Origin: Spirochaetia bacterium | Lineage (GTDB): Bacteria > Spirochaetota > Spirochaetia > UBA9216 | Length of the DNA: 64,000 nucleotides | Reading direction: 5' to 3' | NCBI GenBank assembly: GCA_965140585.1 | Contig: OZ223269.1 | Location: forward strand, 1,152,001 to 1,216,000 | Shown: piece after piece, positions 59,424-64,000 of the stretch | How the letters are laid out: the number at the start of each line of letters is the position of its first letter | Numbering within the stretch: position 1 is the stretch's first letter | Position numbers and translations under genes: made by a program | The notes under the pieces: generated by a model | What the model was told of the DNA's origin: nothing | What the model saw: only the letters and a program-made list of their open reading frames with translations | Database searches by the model: none

Positions 59424-61799
59424 ATGTCAGGAAAAAAGAAACGGTTAAAAATATTTGAAACAAAGGTATTCTGCTGGATCATTGGTCTTCTTCTTCTACT
59501 AGCATTCACTGCAGTCTCAGAATATACAGATGTCTTCAGACGGCTCGATTCTTCTATGCTTGATACTTTTTTTAAAAACAGATATTCAAGGCAGAATAAG
59601 GACATAGAAGTCGGCGTTACTCTGGAAGAATTCAATCCAAACATATCTCCTGATATCCTTATAGTAGGTATAGATTTAAAATCACTTGAAAGACTGGGAA
59701 AATGGCCGTTTCCACGCTGGAGGGAAGCTGATCTGCTCAGTTCACTTGCAAGAATTCAGAATCAGAATGAAAGAGAAAGCTCCATCTTCATGGATATTTT
59801 CCTTACAGACCCTGATAATAATACGACTCATGATGGTATTCTCAATGAAGCGATAAATGAAAATGGAAGAGTCTTCCTTGAAACAGTACTCAGCCAGACA
59901 CCACCTTCTTCTACAACATATGATGATTATTTTTACCGTCAGGAACTTTTATATGATAATTACGGAGAGTTAACTGATATTAAGGGAAACTGGTCCGAGA
60001 TGATGTCATTCTACGGACTGGAACCGCCTCTTGCACCTTATGCCAATTCAACCTACGGATACGGACATGCAAACTTTAAAGAGGATAACGACGGGATTTA
60101 TCGCCGACAGGCTCTTGTTGCAAAAAGCAGTAAATTAATTGATTCTGTTAAACTAAATGAGCTTGAGGTTGATTATCCTGTAGATTTCAATAATTACGAA
60201 CAACTTGTTTGGACTGATAATACAGGAAATAAGCATAATATTGAGTATCCTCTTACAAGACAGATTATTGAAAAGCTTAAAAGTGATATGGAAAAGGATG
60301 CACCTTTAAAAACTGTTGATACTAACAATGACGGGGAACCGGACGAAAAATATTACATTGTTGAAAAATATGAAAGCAGTTTTGTTCCATCTATCACCTT
60401 AAGTTTATCATGTAATTATTTCGGAAAGACGCTCAATGATCTTGATATTACAATAGGGGAGTCCATAGTAATTCCTTCTCCGCAGGTTTTTAACGTTGAA
60501 AGCGGAGCATGGGAGAAATACACAATAATTACAAGTCCGGCTGAATTTGATGAAGAAGGCAATCTGACCAAGGAAGCTGTCAAGCGTGATATCGACGAAA
60601 TACGTATTCCAATTGATGAAGACGGAACAATGCTGATAAATTACATGGGATTCCCATCATTTGCAGCAGCTGGCGAACGTCAAACCTATCCTATACGTTC
60701 CTTTTCCGGTTATGCTACTACACCGCCTGAGGCCGGAGGAAGACTACCCAGAACCAAAGCTCTGGGTAATAAAATTGTAATGGTTGGAGCCTTTACAAGA
60801 GGAATGGCTGATGATGAAAAACCGACACCATACGGACTGATGTTCGGTGTTGAAATACACGCCAATGCCCTTAATACCATCCTGATGGACAAATTTCTAA
60901 CAGACGCTCCTTTCTGGGTAGATACATTAATTCTGGCTGTAGCTATTTTCCTTGTAGCTTTTCTTTCTTCAAGGCTGCCAACTTTATGGTCTCTGCTTAT
61001 ATCACTTGTTCTAATCCTGAGTATTTTCATAGGATCCAGCTTTATTTTTGATTCACATAATTATGTAATATCTTTTCCAGAACCGGCCTCGGCTATTGTT
61101 CTGACCTTCCTTATGATCATTGCCTACAGGGCAATGACAGAGGAACGTGATAAACGTAAAATAAAGGGAATGTTCGGTACATATCTCAGTCCGAAGGTTG
61201 TTGAGCAGATGATGGATAATCCTCCAGAGCTTGGCGGTGTTGATAAGGATTTAACAGTATTCTTCTCTGACATAAGAGGTTTTACAACGCTCTCAGAGTC
61301 AATGGAACCACAGGAGCTCGTGCAGCTACTTAATAAGTACCTGACTGAGATGACTAACATTATAATCGAAACAGAAGGAACTCTTGATAAGTTTGAGGGT
61401 GATGCCATTATGGCCTTCTGGGGAGCACCCCTTGAACAGGATGATCATGCTTTAAGGGCCTGTACAGCTGCCATTAAGCAGATGGAAGCATTAAAAGAAT
61501 TGAACAAAACCTTACCTCCCGAAAAACAGATTGATATTGGAATCGGCCTTAATTCAGGAAAAATGACTGTAGGAAACATGGGCGCCGCCCAGAGGATGGA
61601 TTATACGGTAATGGGTGATAATGTAAACCTGGGTGCAAGGCTTGAAGGAACCAATAAACAGTACAGAACAAACATAATAATGAGTGATAATACATTTGGA
61701 AAGGTTAAAGATAAAGTTATTGCCAGGGAACTCGATAACATCAGGGTAAAGGGAAAGAATAAACCTGTACTCATCTATGAACTTATTGACATTTTATAA
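59424..61799 (+). CDS. CHASE2-domain class III adenylate cyclase
   Basis: CHASE2 (IVGID..SL..LGKWPFPR, D.DGIYRR, GVEIHANAL), three C-terminal TMs, FSDIRGFT, DKFEGDA, DYTVMGDNVNLGARLEG. Confidence 0.93.
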   Translation: MSGKKKRLKIFETKVFCWIIGLLLLLAFTAVSEYTDVFRRLDSSMLDTFFKNRYSRQNKDIEVGVTLEEFNPNISPDILIVGIDLKSLERLGKWPFPRWREADLLSSLARIQNQNERESSIFMDIFLTDPDNNTTHDGILNEAINENGRVFLETVLSQTPPSSTTYDDYFYRQELLYDNYGELTDIKGNWSEMMSFYGLEPPLAPYANSTYGYGHANFKEDNDGIYRRQALVAKSSKLIDSVKLNELEVDYPVDFNNYEQLVWTDNTGNKHNIEYPLTRQIIEKLKSDMEKDAPLKTVDTNNDGEPDEKYYIVEKYESSFVPSITLSLSCNYFGKTLNDLDITIGESIVIPSPQVFNVESGAWEKYTIITSPAEFDEEGNLTKEAVKRDIDEIRIPIDEDGTMLINYMGFPSFAAAGERQTYPIRSFSGYATTPPEAGGRLPRTKALGNKIVMVGAFTRGMADDEKPTPYGLMFGVEIHANALNTILMDKFLTDAPFWVDTLILAVAIFLVAFLSSRLPTLWSLLISLVLILSIFIGSSFIFDSHNYVISFPEPASAIVLTFLMIIAYRAMTEERDKRKIKGMFGTYLSPKVVEQMMDNPPELGGVDKDLTVFFSDIRGFTTLSESMEPQELVQLLNKYLTEMTNIIIETEGTLDKFEGDAIMAFWGAPLEQDDHALRACTAAIKQMEALKELNKTLPPEKQIDIGIGLNSGKMTVGNMGAAQRMDYTVMGDNVNLGARLEGTNKQYRTNIIMSDNTFGKVKDKVIARELDNIRVKGKNKPVLIYELIDIL

Positions 61800-61818
61800 A
61801 GTAATTACCTAAATTACA

Positions 61819-61861
61819 AAAAAGCCCTGATTCTTTATTTAATAAAAGAACAGGGCTTTTT
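61819..61861 (+). terminator. intrinsic, probably bidirectional, terminator
   Basis: AAAAAGCCCTG...CAGGGCTTTTT with an extended inner stem. Confidence 0.82.
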
Positions 61862-61988
61862 AAGTATTAGGGGAGGAAAATAGTGTTATAAATATTAAGA
61901 CAATATTAGTTATTATGTCCGTATAAAGTTATTAAACATTAGCTTGACATTATAAGAGTAAAAGGTAAGAATAAGCTCGAAACAATTT

Positions 61989-62864
61989 ATGAGCTTATTG
62001 ATATTTAATATAAAAGATAGATTAGAAATTTTAGAAAATAGGGTAGTGCTAAGTTTTATTTCATTACCGCTCCTCCGGTATTTTAGTCTAATAAGTCTTG
62101 TTTTAATATTAATTTTTATTTCATCCTGCGGGTTGCCTACATATGCCTACCTTGCACCACCCGTAACAACTCAGGTACGTGATGATCCTACTACAGGTGA
62201 ATATGACTTGATTTTTCAAAACGCTTATACTAATTCCCTAAATATATTTCAGGGTTATGAGATTTTCTATAAAATCTATTATCCGGAATCAACGAGTTCT
62301 ACAACCTATCTTACAGATTTTAATAGAATTGACGGGAACTCCAGTCCTGATTATACTCTTTTAAAAAATAATGGATTCAGAAGGTTATATGTTTCCACCG
62401 GAATAACTGGGTCTACTCTTATTACATCCGGTATTGATGAAACTTCACACAGCAATTCTAAACCTGCATTTCTGCTTGATGAGAATCTTCTGGATGCTGA
62501 TTTTGAAATCAGATTTAATTTTCTCAATGAGAATTATAATAATATTGAATCTTATAACACAAGCACATATACATTCGACCCGACACCTTATCTTTACAGA
62601 TGGGTATATAATGATCAGATATCTGATCCTTCAAGTTCTGATTATATTGCTAAATCTTTTAATGATACTGATTTTGATTTAAATGACAGTGATATGCCAT
62701 CGAGTATTACTTCTGCAAATATGTCGGATGTAATGAACCTCTATATAACTTTTTATATATGTTCCTACGGAAGAGACACAGACGATATTACTCAGTCTGT
62801 GTATAGTGAACCTGAATATCTGGGAACCTTAAGCTTTGACTGCAGTATTACAGATTCCTACTGA
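61989..62864 (+). CDS. hypothetical lipoprotein
   Basis: Hydrophobic leader ending FISS-C-GLPTYAYLAPP; the true start may be GTG 62046; TTGACA at 61944. Confidence 0.72.
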   Translation: MSLLIFNIKDRLEILENRVVLSFISLPLLRYFSLISLVLILIFISSCGLPTYAYLAPPVTTQVRDDPTTGEYDLIFQNAYTNSLNIFQGYEIFYKIYYPESTSSTTYLTDFNRIDGNSSPDYTLLKNNGFRRLYVSTGITGSTLITSGIDETSHSNSKPAFLLDENLLDADFEIRFNFLNENYNNIESYNTSTYTFDPTPYLYRWVYNDQISDPSSSDYIAKSFNDTDFDLNDSDMPSSITSANMSDVMNLYITFYICSYGRDTDDITQSVYSEPEYLGTLSFDCSITDSY

Positions 62865-62900
62865 TACTTTTTTATTATAATATTGGAGATTTATAGTTAG

Positions 62901-63188
62901 ATGTTTTTTTATTTTAATGTAGCACTTACGTATCTTTTGATTGGTACTATCATATCTTTCCTTTTCTTTTTATTTTTTAAACGAAAAAGCCTTAAACATT
63001 TTCTTCCCTGCCTATTATTCGGAGTGATAGGTTCTTTTCTGGGAGGTTTCTTAAATCTTTTTATTACATTTGATCCTCTTAAGTATTTCAGCTTTTTCAA
63101 AAATATTTTTACGATAAGTATATTCATGCCACTTATAACATCTATAGTTGTTGTCTTTTTTTACAGTATAGTAGCCGAGAATAACTAA
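62901..63188 (+). CDS. small 3-TM membrane protein, possibly GlsB/YeaQ/YmgE-like
   Basis: GGAG RBS; LLFGVIGSFLGGFL motif. Confidence 0.6.
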   Translation: MFFYFNVALTYLLIGTIISFLFFLFFKRKSLKHFLPCLLFGVIGSFLGGFLNLFITFDPLKYFSFFKNIFTISIFMPLITSIVVVFFYSIVAENN

Positions 63189-63660
63189 TTTTAAATAAAT
63201 AGAGTGGAATGATTGTTGGTTTTTTCTTTATAGATCTCATATTTACTTAGGGTTAATTTATAGGAAAAAACGCTGCTTTTTATAATTATTTGGAAACATT
63301 TTACTTCTGATAATATATATTCTGTCTACATGTAATAATTATCATTCCAATTATTTGAACACTTTATAACCCCCGCTGCTCAAAATTACACGACTTTTGC
63401 CCCGGAACACAAACGAAACCTCTCCTCCATAAAAACCGAAACCGCCAAAAAGACCAAACGCGTGCTAAACAACAGTCAAAATCCAGAACTTCACCTTTAT
63501 GTATTACCTCACGTTGTGTTATTTTATATACACCTCTGCTCTGAATTACAGAAACTTTCATGCAATTATATGCACAATATATGAATACAATGAAGCATTT
63601 AATTTTCTAATGATTGCCAGTATTATTAATTAATTTTTATATATGTGTTATCATAACTGT

Positions 63661-64000
63661 ATGGAAAATAATACACCTTCATACGATTTCAACTCTCTGA
63701 TTGAGATACTTAATACACTTCTTGGTCCAAATGGTTGTCCCTGGGATCGAGTACAAACTCCTGACAGTCTTAAAGAAAACCTTATTGAAGAAGCATATGA
63801 ATGTTTTGATGCAATAATTGAGAATGACTATGAACATGCCTGTGAAGAATTGGGAGACGTTTTCTTACTTGCTGCCTTTATAAGCATAATCTATGAAAAA
63901 CAGAATAGATTCGGTATGAATGATGTTTTTAAATCTATTTGTGAAAAATTGATCAGAAGACACCCGCATATCTTCAGTGATAAACAGGCAGGTACTCCTG
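63661..64000 (+). CDS. mazG: nucleoside triphosphate pyrophosphohydrolase MazG (partial; not in the supplied ORF track)
   Basis: Manual translation gives GCPWDRVQT..SL...LIEEAYE..DAI...EELGDV...KLIRRHPHIF. Upstream: TG-T-TATCAT, 6 nt, ATG. Confidence 0.93.
   Translation, partial: MENNTPSYDFNSLIEILNTLLGPNGCPWDRVQTPDSLKENLIEEAYECFDAIIENDYEHACEELGDVFLLAAFISIIYEKQNRFGMNDVFKSICEKLIRRHPHIFSDKQAGTP

Noticed and set aside
63453-63468. TTAGCACGCGTTTGGT (minus strand) as a sigma-54 promoter
   Set aside because: It lacks the invariant GG at -24 and GC at -12; I saw no convincing sigma-54 promoter in the intergenic regions
63364-63561. 65-aa minus-strand ORF; also considered tRNA or rRNA here
   Set aside because: No RBS or recognisable protein features; no cloverleaf or rRNA signature
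63661-64000. mazG as an anti-phage or toxin-antitoxin component
   Set aside because: It has the standard housekeeping tandem-MazG N-terminus (GCPWD, IRRHPH), and no mazEF or defence genes are visible

Overview
This is core chromosomal sequence from a spirochete, probably a free-living Spirochaetales. The call rests on the tmk | tamB-bamA-skp-mutS-comF-rimP-nusA-infB-rbfA-truB-ribF-rpsO-pnp-dut-lptFG-tgt-murJ order, an 897-aa GreA and a RibF lacking the kinase motif. A second housekeeping block runs rpe-3 envelope genes-recA-folK-scpAB-rluB-cmk-rpsA-bEBP-TPR. I saw no rRNA, tRNA, CRISPR array, transposase or phage gene. The accessory-looking parts are the first 12 kb and the AT-rich last 2 kb. 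The best candidate for an undescribed system is at 3999-12191: a tripartite RND pump split across two divergent transcripts, one of which leads with a large acidic four-domain lipoprotein. Both transcripts carry the same 18-bp palindrome (AAAGAAT-N4-RTTCTTT), and a TetR gene lies between them. Other highlights: six apparently leaderless genes, a terminator in the rimP leader, a 24-unit YQG repeat in IF2, a probable CTG start for tamB, and a possible cAMP/GAF/sigma-54 link. All calls come from reading motifs by eye; no database searches were run.
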